DNA of 64,000 nucleotides from Mytilus trossulus (Eukaryota): NCBI RefSeq assembly GCF_036588685.1, contig NC_086382.1, positions 25,296,001 to 25,360,000 of the forward strand, read 5' to 3'. Shown piece by piece: positions 1 to 10,462 of this stretch (position 1 is its first letter; each line of letters starts with the position of its first letter). The notes under the pieces were generated by a model. It saw only the letters and a program-made list of their open reading frames with translations, ran no database searches and was not told where the DNA came from. The position numbers and the translations under genes were made by a program.

Positions 1-240
1 AGGGATATCAAATCTCATACAGGAAAGACAAATCGACAAAGCCAAGACCTAAAAGAAAATGATAAAAAGACAATTCTAATGCAACAACGTTTGTAACGTT
101 CATTTTGATTGGATAACGTCACTTATTTACATGGCATCAATTGACAATTGATGCTATGGGACGTACGCGCAAGCGCAGACGGCATATGACAGATTTTAAA
201 TACATGTTTTAACGTTGTTTTCTGTCAGTTTCATTAGAAT

Positions 241-407
241 GGAGATAACAATATTGTATTTTAAGCTCCGACGGCATCAATTTGGGATTTGATGGTCGCA
301 AATACCCGTTTACTGTCTCCGCTAACGCGTCGCCAGTAAACTTAATTTGCCACCATCAAATCCCCAATTGATGCCGTCGGAGCTTAAAATACAATACAGT
401 TATCTCC
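241..407. repeat. Long inverted repeat (~62-bp arms, ~40-bp spacer), probably part of a non-autonomous DNA element
   Basis: GGAGATAACAATATTGTATTTTAAGCTCCGACGGCATCAATTTGGGATTTGATGG (from 241) is nearly perfectly complemented by CCATCAAATCCCCAATTGATGCCGTCGGAGCTTAAAATACAATACAGTTATCTCC (to 407). Confidence 0.7.
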
Positions 408-675
408 TAAAAATTAGTCTTCATAACACAATGTGACTGAGAAACATAAAAACCACCAACTCGATGTTGATTTGGAATGGTAAGTTGATTCCGCTTCACT
501 TGTGGCACCGGTCGTGTAACTAGTGTAAATACATACCACTGACAAATTTACACACAATTCATTGCAAAAAGATCATATTTGTTTTTACATACAATTTGAA
601 CAAATAAATGTGGTATCTACTGGAAAATGTGCTATAACTTGTTAAATTTCAGGAAGTTCAATTTCCTTGATAAAG

Positions 676-1902
676 TTAACGCCGACGACCGGGCGACTTA
701 GCCTTATATCCTTCACATTCACAATAACATTTATTATTCACACAACTCCCTGGGTTCTCATAATCACAACCTGTACGAGTGCAGCACGCACTACAACCAT
801 AACAACTATTTGAACATAATCTCAACTGTACGGTCATAGTTATACCTACAATTATATAAATTCATTAATTTTCATTTTCATAGCCTGCTTTTCTTTCTTG
901 AAACTTTAATGGCTTTGTAATATGGGCTATGCTTATCTATTTTGGATGACCTCCTATGTAAACATTTTTTGAACAGCTTTTAAATGATTTGTTGCATTAT
1001 CGTAGTACCAAAAAATTAATGTGGCTCGTTTAATTTTCATAAAATTGTGACAAAATATTAACTTTGTCATTCATTATGAATCAGTTACTACTATATACCT
1101 CCCAGTGCGCGTATGTTTACATTATTTCATTACGGTTACCCACTTGCGCTATGTGGTGACTGGCGTTTTAACGCGATATTACTGCAAACGGGAAAAAAGG
1201 GACATGTCCGTGTACGGGTAGACAATTAAATAATATATGTAAGTGTGTGAAAATTTTGATAGTTTAAGGTATTTTATTTAATTTGACATGAATATTCACG
1301 AACACTTGTTCTAGATTAAAACCATTAACATATATAAAACATATGCATTTTTTTAACATTTCAGATAACTCTATTGCACCCATAGCTATCAATATCATCA
1401 AATGAACATTGCTAGTCAGAAGCCTGTTACTCATTGGATGTCATTGGTTCAGGGTTCATGTTTGTCATATTTGTTGGGTTTTTTTATACAGTTTTAAAAT
1501 AAATAAGGTCGTCAATTTTGTCTTTTTAATTGTTTTGCTATTGTTTACGTCGTTTATCTATACGGAATATGTTTTACTTATTGCTTAAAGCTATATGCTG
1601 ACCTATAATTGCTTACTAGTTCATCTGCGTCATTTTAACTGAGGTGGATAGTTGTCTCATTGACAATAATACCCCTTCTAGCCTTTATTTTTAGGGGCCA
1701 GTTGAAGGATACCTACGGGTGCGGGAATTCTCGCTACATTGAAGACCCATTGGTTGCCTTTGGCTGTTGTTTGCTCTATGGTCGGGTGGTTGTCGCTTTG
1801 ACATATTCACCATTTCCTTTCTCAATTTTATTTATATAACATAAAAATGAAATACTTACATGAGAATATCAAAAGTAAACAATGGAACGACGACATTTGC
1901 AT
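676..1902 (-). CDS. Secreted 10-Cys defensin-like (CS-alpha-beta) peptide, copy A, 70 aa; coding exons 1902-1860 and 845-676
   Basis: Phase-1 GT-AG intron joins MQMSSFHCLLLIFS to CITMTVQLRLCSNSCYGCSACCTRTGCDYENPGSCVNNKCYCECEGYKAKSPGRRR*. Hydrophobic N-terminus; Cys array C-x3-C-x2-C-x2-CC-x4-C-x7-C-x4-CxCxC; paralogue B has the same exon structure. Not in the ORF track. Confidence 0.85.
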
Positions 1903-4011
1903 ATTCTACAAAACATGACAACATTTAAAAACGAATACTAGTATAATGTCTACAAACAGAGGTTTGTCAAATATATTTGGGGTGTCAGGATTGCCATAAA
2001 AAAGACATCCCTGCGATCGGTCTTTCATGTGTTTCTACGACAAAAAATAATATGAATTATCTATAACAAAATAATGATATGATAGAATAAATTAACAAGT
2101 ATTTTTTTATATGTAACCTAAATTACTATAATAATTGATATCAAGCATGGATACATTTGAATTACACAGACAATTATTCATTTAAAACAAAAACAACCAT
2201 TACGTAGACATGATGTGCCGCAAATGAAAGCTCTGTTTCAATTTTCACTTTCTTCATCACAAATGTCTAAATTAATAATAACCTCTCAGTACTTTTGTTA
2301 CATTCGTGGGTAAACGTATGATTTATAATAAATTTCAAAAAATCGTCCGTATATACATTTTTAACTTATGAAAAACATTTATTAACTCCCTTACGCAAAG
2401 TTTACATAATAACGAGCTATTTTAGGTCCATTTTTGTCATATAGCTTTTAAACTGTTATATACTGCTCTGATACCACATTTGCTTTCAAATGTTTGGCTT
2501 TGTACGTGCGTTCCTAATTTAGACACATTCGGAAAAACGCTTCAAACGTATGTAATGTAAACTTGTTGTTTAAATTTTAGGTTTTTTTTCACAAAAAGTG
2601 TTCTGTGGCTAAAACATATAGTGCTACATATATATGATAAGAAATTAACCCTTATTTTGAAATTGATTGTTTGTTAAATGATGAAAATAATCGGATTTCT
2701 TTCTTCATGTCTTTACTCTTTTTACCATAACAGATGCTAACTAAGATCTTTTATAAAAACTAAACTTATCAAGGACAAGTTAATGAGATAGTAGAGACGA
2801 TGCTCCCAAATCATTGTTCGAATTATTGAAATAGGAAACAATGAATGACATTAAAGAATAATGTTAATCGAAATCTTACCTCTAATTGCCAAAATATCTC
2901 AGAGTATATCCTAGTTTATAAGCTCCTACTTAAGCTGAAGTTATTCTATGTTTGTTGTGTGATAAATGTACATTGAATTACCATCCATGTCATCATTAAT
3001 ATGTTTTAAAATAATAAATTGGATCTATTTTCAGGTGATTACACACTGTCGTGCGAACTTGTGTGTTGTAAATAAAAGAAGATACGGGGTATACAACATT
3101 GAGACAACGATCCAAAACAATAAATTAACCAACACACACACGAGGGCAATACAAAATCTTCAACAATAGACAGATGTCGGTGCAATGTGTCAGGAACTAA
3201 TTCATCCTAAATTAATAATAATTGTAATGTAGCTTAACATTATAGTTAATAGTGTAAACATTATGTCATTAAAAAATTCTCACAAACGATATATTGACTT
3301 GGAAATGTGACAGTGATTTCTAGTTAGTTAGGTCCTAATCTTACCGGTAGAGTCTCAATCAAAGTACTTATTTATGGTGCAACAAAAGATCACAAGCAGT
3401 AAACAAACAGAAGTTCAATTAACAATTGTGAATCCTATTAAAGAAAGTTTGTATTTATCGAACAAACACAAGATAATTAATTGCTGATACAAATCCTCCA
3501 TTTTACGCATTACGTTGTTATTAAATAGACTGTTTCTATGTATATTGGCGTTTGTGTTGATAGCAGTTCAGTATTTCTGTTGTATTTCTGTTGTTCTGTT
3601 GTTGTCTTCTAATAGTTGTTTCTCTAAGTTTTGTTTTAAAGCCCGGATTTGTTTCAGTTAAATCGATTTATGACTATTGAACAGCAGTATAGCCATATTG
3701 CCTTAATGTATCTAATATCAGCGATATACTTCATAGAAGATTTAATACAGAAGCGTAATAAACAGTTCAGGGAGGAAGCTTTGTTGTTTTATTTCAACAA
3801 TAGATCGGCTATCAGACAAGTAACCCTTACTAAACTAGTGGTTAAAATTCAACAGTATGACAATAACATCTTCCAAGTAAAGTATTAACTTAAAGTTTTT
3901 CATTTTCAAGTTAGACTAAAGTAGGACAATTTTTTAATCATCTATCACCGTAAAAAATGATAACTTGTTAAAAATGTTTATATATCATCTAAAATAATTT
4001 ATTCAACTTAC

Positions 4012-4050
4012 CTGTACTGCCATATGATATGTAAGGTCAACAAATTTATA
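4012..4050 (-). promoter_or_regulatory. Putative TATA box and very short non-coding first exon of peptide gene A
   Basis: Minus strand TATAAA (4050-4045) followed by GCAGTACAG|GTAAGT with the donor after 4012; conserved at the paralogous site 9753-9793. Confidence 0.5.
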
Positions 4051-5147
4051 AATCCTTTCTATACTATACTAGTCATCAATGTATTTGTATTGTAAATTCG
4101 TACTGTTTTGAATGATTTTTACTTATAAATGAAGTAATGCATCTCCCGCACTCACATTCATTTCTTATTATGGTAGGACTTATTTGTATAATCACCTCTT
4201 CGAAAGTTGTTGTGATATTTGGATAATCAAATATGTTGACATAGGGCCTCACCGAAAAGACATTGGTTGTCATAATGGGTACCTTGTGATGTATAAACTC
4301 TCCCGTTAATGTTATAGCTTAAATAGCAATACTAACTTATTTTTTTTATTTATTCCAATGTATCACCATTCTAATGACAGTACTTCGGTATTGGTATTAA
4401 AATACGAATGCTACTGAATTTTATTTTGCTGTTATGAATTTTTTTAATCGTTTCAGATGAAGGAATGTATCTCTCCTTTGTTAACCTGTAGATAGTTTTA
4501 TTAGTGGCTTTATATGCATCCGTTTCATTTCATTTCATTTCAGTTTTAATTCAGACCAGTCCTAAATTTAACTTTGATTATAGAAATTATTGGTTATTTT
4601 TATTTTGACTTTGTCGGTTACAGATATACCAGGTATTCAAGAATGAGATATATTCAGAATGATACAGGACGATTGGTATGTGATTTTATAAATTTGTGAC
4701 ATGCATCTTGACAATTAGTTAAAAAGGGAATTATCTTGATATATTAATAAATAGCAGGGTAACACGTGAAAATCTGACATACTTTTATATCCAGAATAAG
4801 AGAGAAAATGAAGACAACACTAGAATACCGCTGTACAAAAGTAATTAATCGATTGAGAGAAAACAAATCCAGGTAACTACAACCGATGGAAACTCGCCAA
4901 CTATAAGAAGAAAAAACCTAGGACAACACACAAAAACAAGCACAAAATAACAACGAACTGTCCGTCACAAAACTGTATCAACACCGAAATAGTGACATCA
5001 CAAGTAAAGTACTGGACAAATACCGATAATCACAGTACAAGTACCGATATTTTTAATGACATATGATACAGTTTACACTTAAAACAGTGGTATCTATTAT
5101 AAAACTATCTGCATCATTAGCAAAATTCTGGTCTTTTCCTTTTCCTT

Positions 5148-7211
5148 CTATCCCCCTCCATATCCTCCGCAGTCACAATAACATTTATTATTCACACAAC
5201 TCCACGAGCTCGGAGAGCTACATCCTGTACTAGCGCAACATGACCTGCAACCATAACAACTAGTTGAACACATGCGCATCTGTATGGTGGTAGTTATACC
5301 TACAATAATACAAATATGTAAATTCGTTTTCAAATACATACTAGTATACAATCGTTGTTCTCTTGAAACACATGTGACATCTCATCTCCACAGTCACAGA
5401 AACACTTATTGCATACACAACTCCATGAGCTGAGGTAACTATTATATGTCAAACAACGCGGAGCCTTTGCTCACACCAGCTAGCTAAATAGGGCTCAGAT
5501 ATAACGAGGGTCAAACAATAGAAATAGAAGTATCAACCGTTTAATCTTTAAAAAAAACGACAAACGACAAGCTCTCATAAAACACATATCAACACACGAC
5601 AACCATTGAATATACAAATTTAGACTAAAGTTGTCTTATTTGCTATCATAACACATATTCTTATTTCTGTAAAAAAAAAAGAGTGTTCAAGACTTCAATG
5701 TGAAGAATCTTCTTCAATTGGTCTGCACTAAAGAAAACTAATGTAAACGACAAATATCTATTACCAACAACCTTGATTTAATAATATAAAACATATCTTT
5801 AATACTTTTTAATAATCAAACAATGCCTAAGTTTTAAAGGCCACTACTAACCGTGTATTGAAATAAGCCCCCTCCCTACTAACCTATTATTGAATAAACA
5901 CGGTCTCCATGAGGTCGTTATTAACCAATCATATTCCTATAAACTATAGGAGGTAAGATAAATTATAAACTAAGTCGTTTTTTTCTTTTGAATTGTTAGA
6001 TATTTGACATTTCGGGGTCTGGTATAGCTGACTGTGCAGTATGGGTTGTGATTATTATTATAGACCCGTCCGGTGACCTATTGTTGTTTATTTTCGTGTC
6101 ATTTTGGTCTCGTGTGAAAATAAATCTTAGTGGCAATCATACACAATTTTTTGTCTATAAAATAGAGGTTAAATATATATGGGGAATAGTCAAACACATA
6201 GATCAAAAATAAGCTGACAACGCCATGGCTTAAAAAAATAAAAAAAACATCGCGACAAATAATTGTAAAAAACATACAACATAGAAAATTAAAGACAAGG
6301 CAACACGAACCCCATAAAAAAATGGGATGATCTCAGGTGCTCCGGAAGTGTAAGCAGATCCTGCTCCAAATGTGGAACCCGTCGTTTTGCTCATTTTATT
6401 ACAAACCCGGTAAATAGTCTAATTCGGTAATATGTGCACTTTTTTCTATCAATTAGAAATAACGTATTATCGACAAATACCATATTATTAAATAGTTTTA
6501 GATCGCTAGCTAATTAACTTTCGAGTTTGTTGCCAAAGTTCTCAAGGACTTCATTTTGTAACATATAAAACACATAAAACATGTGAAGCACGTGAGTAAC
6601 AGAAGAATTGAGAGACCTGATTTGATTATTTTTGTATTTTTCATACAATCAATTATTATTTTTTAACTTCCACTGCATATTTGTTTACGTTCTTCAATCA
6701 TGACTTTCTCTTTACACTTGCTCTTTGCGGTAGCCGACATTATTACACGAGATCATAACAGAATGAAAACAATGGAAGGATAAATGTACGGGAAAACAAA
6801 AGATATACATCGTTTTTAGATTTTGATAATATAAGGGATTAAATTCTGCATGAAAGTTCGCGGATATTGTTTTATAGTAAAAAAATATTAAGTATATAAA
6901 ACAAATTCAGTTCTTTATTTTTAAAATTTGCAGTGGTTGTTTTTTTTACTGTTTTGATATAAATAAGGTCTGTAGTTATGTCTTCTGAAGTTTATTGCAT
7001 TTGATTATATCGGGGTGTTTTACATATAACTCTACGGAAAGGCTTTTTCGAACGTCCCAACATTGACCAATACTTGCTTATCTACCAGTCTTTAATCTGT
7101 GATGGATAGTTGTCTAATTCACTATAATAACTTTTCTTGTGCATATTACATAAAATTGCAATACTTACATGAGAATATTAGCAGTAAACAAAGGATCGAC
7201 GACGTTTGCAT
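5148..7211 (-). CDS. Secreted 10-Cys defensin-like (CS-alpha-beta) peptide, copy B, 64 aa; coding exons 7211-7169 and 5299-5148
   Basis: MQTSSILCLLLIFS|CITTTIQMRMCSTSCYGCRSCCASTGCSSPSSWSCVNNKCYCDCGGYGGG*; same phase-1 intron and identical Cys spacing as copy A. Confidence 0.87.
5332..5445 (-). pseudogene. Orphan partial mature-peptide exon of a third paralogue inside intron of copy B
   Basis: Translates as SYLSSWSCVCNKCFCDCGDEMSHVFQENNDCILVCI*, matching SPSSWSCVNNKCYCDCG of copy B; the N-terminal half of the Cys array is missing. Confidence 0.7.
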
Positions 7212-7450
7212 ATTCTACAAAAAACAACATCATCAAATGTTACACATTTAAAAATTAACACGATTTAAAAACAAAACAAAAAAAAACAACAGATAAACAG
7301 TTATATCAATTAAGAATTAATTATATATTAGAGTAGACAAACATGTATTTTTATGTGTAACTTAGGTCTCTCAATCAATATTGATATCAGCTAAATTTCA
7401 TTTAAATCGTTGGATACATTTGATTTACATAAACCATTATTCATTTGCAA

Positions 7451-7678
7451 ATAAACTCATCATAGATACCAGGACCACATTTTGTATATACGCTAGACGC
7501 GCGTTTCGTCTACAAAAGACTCATCAGTGACGTTCGAATCCACAAAAGTTCAAAAGGCCAAATAAAGTACGAAGTTGAAGAGCATTAAGGACCAACATTC
7601 CTAAAATTTTTGCCAAATACAGCTAAGGTAATCTATGCCTGAGGTAGAAAAGCCTTAGGCATTCAAAAATTCGCAAGT
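7451..7678 (-). mobile_element. Hammerhead-containing non-autonomous retroelement (retrozyme-like) with 14-bp TSD
   Basis: TTATTCATTTGCAA at 7437-7450 and 7679-7692; hammerhead core at ~7490-7533 on the minus strand; absent from the paralogous intron of copy A. Confidence 0.8.
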
Positions 7679-8235
7679 TTATTCATTTGCAACAAAAACT
7701 AAACAGCCATAAAGTAAACATGATTTCCGTTCCGGATGATAGACCGCGTTTGATTTTTTCAGTTGTAATGGTCATACCCTTTGTGTGTTTGCTTTTGGAT
7801 TTGGTACTTGTTTATTTACCTCATTTATGGTGCAAAAGCTGTTTTTATATTTGACAATAAGGCAGTTTAATATATGCGCAATCTTCTCAAAAGGTAAAAA
7901 TAAAATGCACTATTTTAATACACTTTGGCTTAATTTTTCATCGGTTGAATGTACTTTTTCATTACAAATTTTCGAATTGATAATGCCCCTTCGGTACTTG
8001 TGTTATCTTCTTGGGTCTATATATGATTTATAATACAATTCTAAAATTTACCGTTTAAAATTTTGAAACTATAAAAAGAAAACTAAGGTTTCAAATCCTT
8101 TACCCAACTAACTTGACCTTATATGGATTAAGCTATTTGTGGGTCCTGTTTTGTCATACAATGCTCTTCAACCAAATGTTCTTAAATATGACTATTTTTC
8201 AATAGTTATCAAAAGTACCAGGATTATAATTTTAT

Positions 8236-8280
8236 ACGCCAGACGCGCGTTTCGTCTACATAAGACTCATCAGTGACGCT
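8236..8280 (-). ncRNA. Type I hammerhead ribozyme (intact core) in retrozyme repeat ~8200-8410
   Basis: Minus strand GCGTCA CTGATGA GTCTTATGTAGAC GAAA CGCGCGTC TGGCGT: CUGAUGA and GAAA boxes, helix II GUCU/AGAC, palindromic short helix III, GUC cleavage triplet, helix I GCGUCA/UGGCGU. Confidence 0.8.
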
Positions 8281-9124
8281 CAGATCAAAATAGTTAAAAA
8301 GCCAAACAAATACAAAGTTAAAGAGCATTGAGGACCCAAAATTCCAAAAAGTTGTGCCAAATACGGCTAAGGTAATCTACTCCTGGGGTAAGAAAATCCT
8401 TAGATTTTCAAAATTGGTTTGGAAACTTTCTTTGAGCGTCCCTGATGTAGTTTAATACAGAAAAGTCTGAAATGTTAACGTGTTTTTCTCATTTTTATTT
8501 TATCACAAAATGTGTTCTGTGTCGAAAAATTCTGGTGATAAATATAATTAAAAGGTATTTATCTTAACATCTTATTTTGAAACTTCCTTTTTGTAAAACG
8601 ATGAAAATGAGCTGATTTTTGTCTTTATGGTTCTCACTCTTTTAACAATAACAGATGCTAACTAACACTAAACTTATTAAAGATAAGAAAATGAAATTAT
8701 GAGGCGACGAATTAGAATGGTCCCATATAAGTTTACGTTCGAATTGTTAGAATAGAGGACTATGCATTTCTTTTGAATGAACAGTTTTATTAATCCAAAT
8801 CTTACCTTGAATTGTTTGAATCTCTTGGAATATGCAAGCATTCTATTTAAGCTGATGTCATTTTATGTTTTATACTGTTATAATTCGTGCAAAAAATGTA
8901 TCTTAATTTATCGCCCATGTCATCGTTAATTAGTTTTAATTGTTCGCAATTTATTATAAAATAATAAAATAACCTAATTTTAGATGACAACACACTTTTG
9001 TGCGACCTTGTTTGCTGTGGATAAAAGAAAGAACGAGGTATATCAATTTATGACTTTTGAACAGCAGCATAGTACTATTATCTTTATCTTATACATGTTA
9101 TATCGGCTACGTTTTTCATTAGCA

Positions 9125-9347
9125 ACATGACGGGTGCCACACATGGAACAGGATCTGCTTACCCTTTCGGAGCATCTGAGATCATCCTTAGGTTTTGGTG
9201 GGGTCGTGTTGCTCAGTCTTTAGTTTTCTATGTTGTTTCGTGTGTACTATTTTTTGTCCGTTTGTCTTTTTCATTTATAACCTTGGCGTTGTCATATTAT
9301 TTTCAATTTATGAGTTTGACTGTTCCTCTGGTATCTTTCGCCCCTCG
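9125..9347 (+). mobile_element. Short interspersed repeat, family with copies at ~6220-6430 (-), ~16800-17075 and ~63335-63430
   Basis: Shared core CATGACGGGTGCCAC...GCTTACCCTTCCGGAGCACCTGAGATCA...GGGTTCGTGTTGCT recurs at these positions. Confidence 0.65.
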
Positions 9348-9752
9348 TTTACATACTTTAAAGAACTTATGTTGCATTATTTTAGCAATTGTTAAGGTAT
9401 TTGATAGTTATCCCGAAACAATAGTTATCAAAAGTACCAGAATTATCATTCAGTGCGCCAGACGTCAGACAAATCAGATGCAGTTTTATAAATCAACAGT
9501 ATGACAATAAATTCTTCCTAACAGAGTATTAGGCCAAAGTGTATTCATTTTAAAGGTATACTTAAGTAGGACAATGGTTTGATGATCTACATTGTTGTAC
9601 CACTGTGAAAAATGATAACTTATTAACGTCAGAACGTGAGAAAAATAATTCACAGCTTTATTCATATACAGAATACACTTTAAATAAATTAAAAATATTG
9701 TTTAATAGCGAACAATATTTATATATCATTAAAAATAATTAGGCCAACCTAC

Positions 9753-9793
9753 CTGTACTGCTATATGGCATGTGAGGTCAACACATTTATTTA
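9753..9793 (-). promoter_or_regulatory. Putative TATA-like box and short non-coding first exon of peptide gene B
   Basis: TAAATAAATGTGTTGACCTCACATGCCATATAGCAGTACAG|GTAGGT, paralogous to 4012-4050. Confidence 0.45.
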
Positions 9794-10462
9794 CCCCTAA
9801 TATAGCATACTACTTATATATCAAAGTATTTGTGTTGTAAAATCTTAGTGTTTTGATTGAATTCTACTTCTTAATAAAAGTGTTATCTTCTACATTATTT
9901 TTTTCTTTCTGTTTTCATCAATGTCCATGTTGTCATGATTTGTCTTTTTTGTTTTATCAGCTCTTTAACAGATGTTTTAATATGTGACTGATCAACTATG
10001 TCAGCCTCGTATCTGTTGATTTGTTATAAGGAAATACCAACTCAGTAGACAGTACATTTGTACTGGTTTGAAATACGAATAATATTGAATTGTTATGAGT
10101 TTTGATGAATAAATGTGAATCGTTGTATGTGTAAGATATTTAAGAGGCACATGTTTCATTAGTAATTCACATGCATGATATTTTCAGCTAAACAATGACA
10201 ACAGCATCGCAACCTGCCATTGTCAACACAACATTTTATTTTTGTTTATGTATAATTTTCGGGCTTACTTAAAATCAAATAATTGATTAGAAAACGATCA
10301 CTTAAAATGACCATACAGAAAACGAAACTAACTTACAAAGTGTTAAAAAAACATAGTGTTGAAGTCTGAAAATTAATTAAAAACAAATCTGGCTTTTAAG
10401 AATTGATTGTATCTAAATGACCGTTTCACATCTAAATTGGTTTACTGGTTTAATATATCTTT

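Noticed and set aside
2490-2550. Second-family hammerhead remnants here and at ~8433-8468
   Set aside because: Catalytic boxes are too degraded (CTAATTTA, CTGATGTA) to support a ribozyme call
5300-5351. ORF-track N-terminus MYTSMYLKTNLHICIIVG for peptide B
   Set aside because: Intron sequence; a TTGTAG acceptor precedes 5299 and a conserved signal-peptide exon lies at 7211-7169
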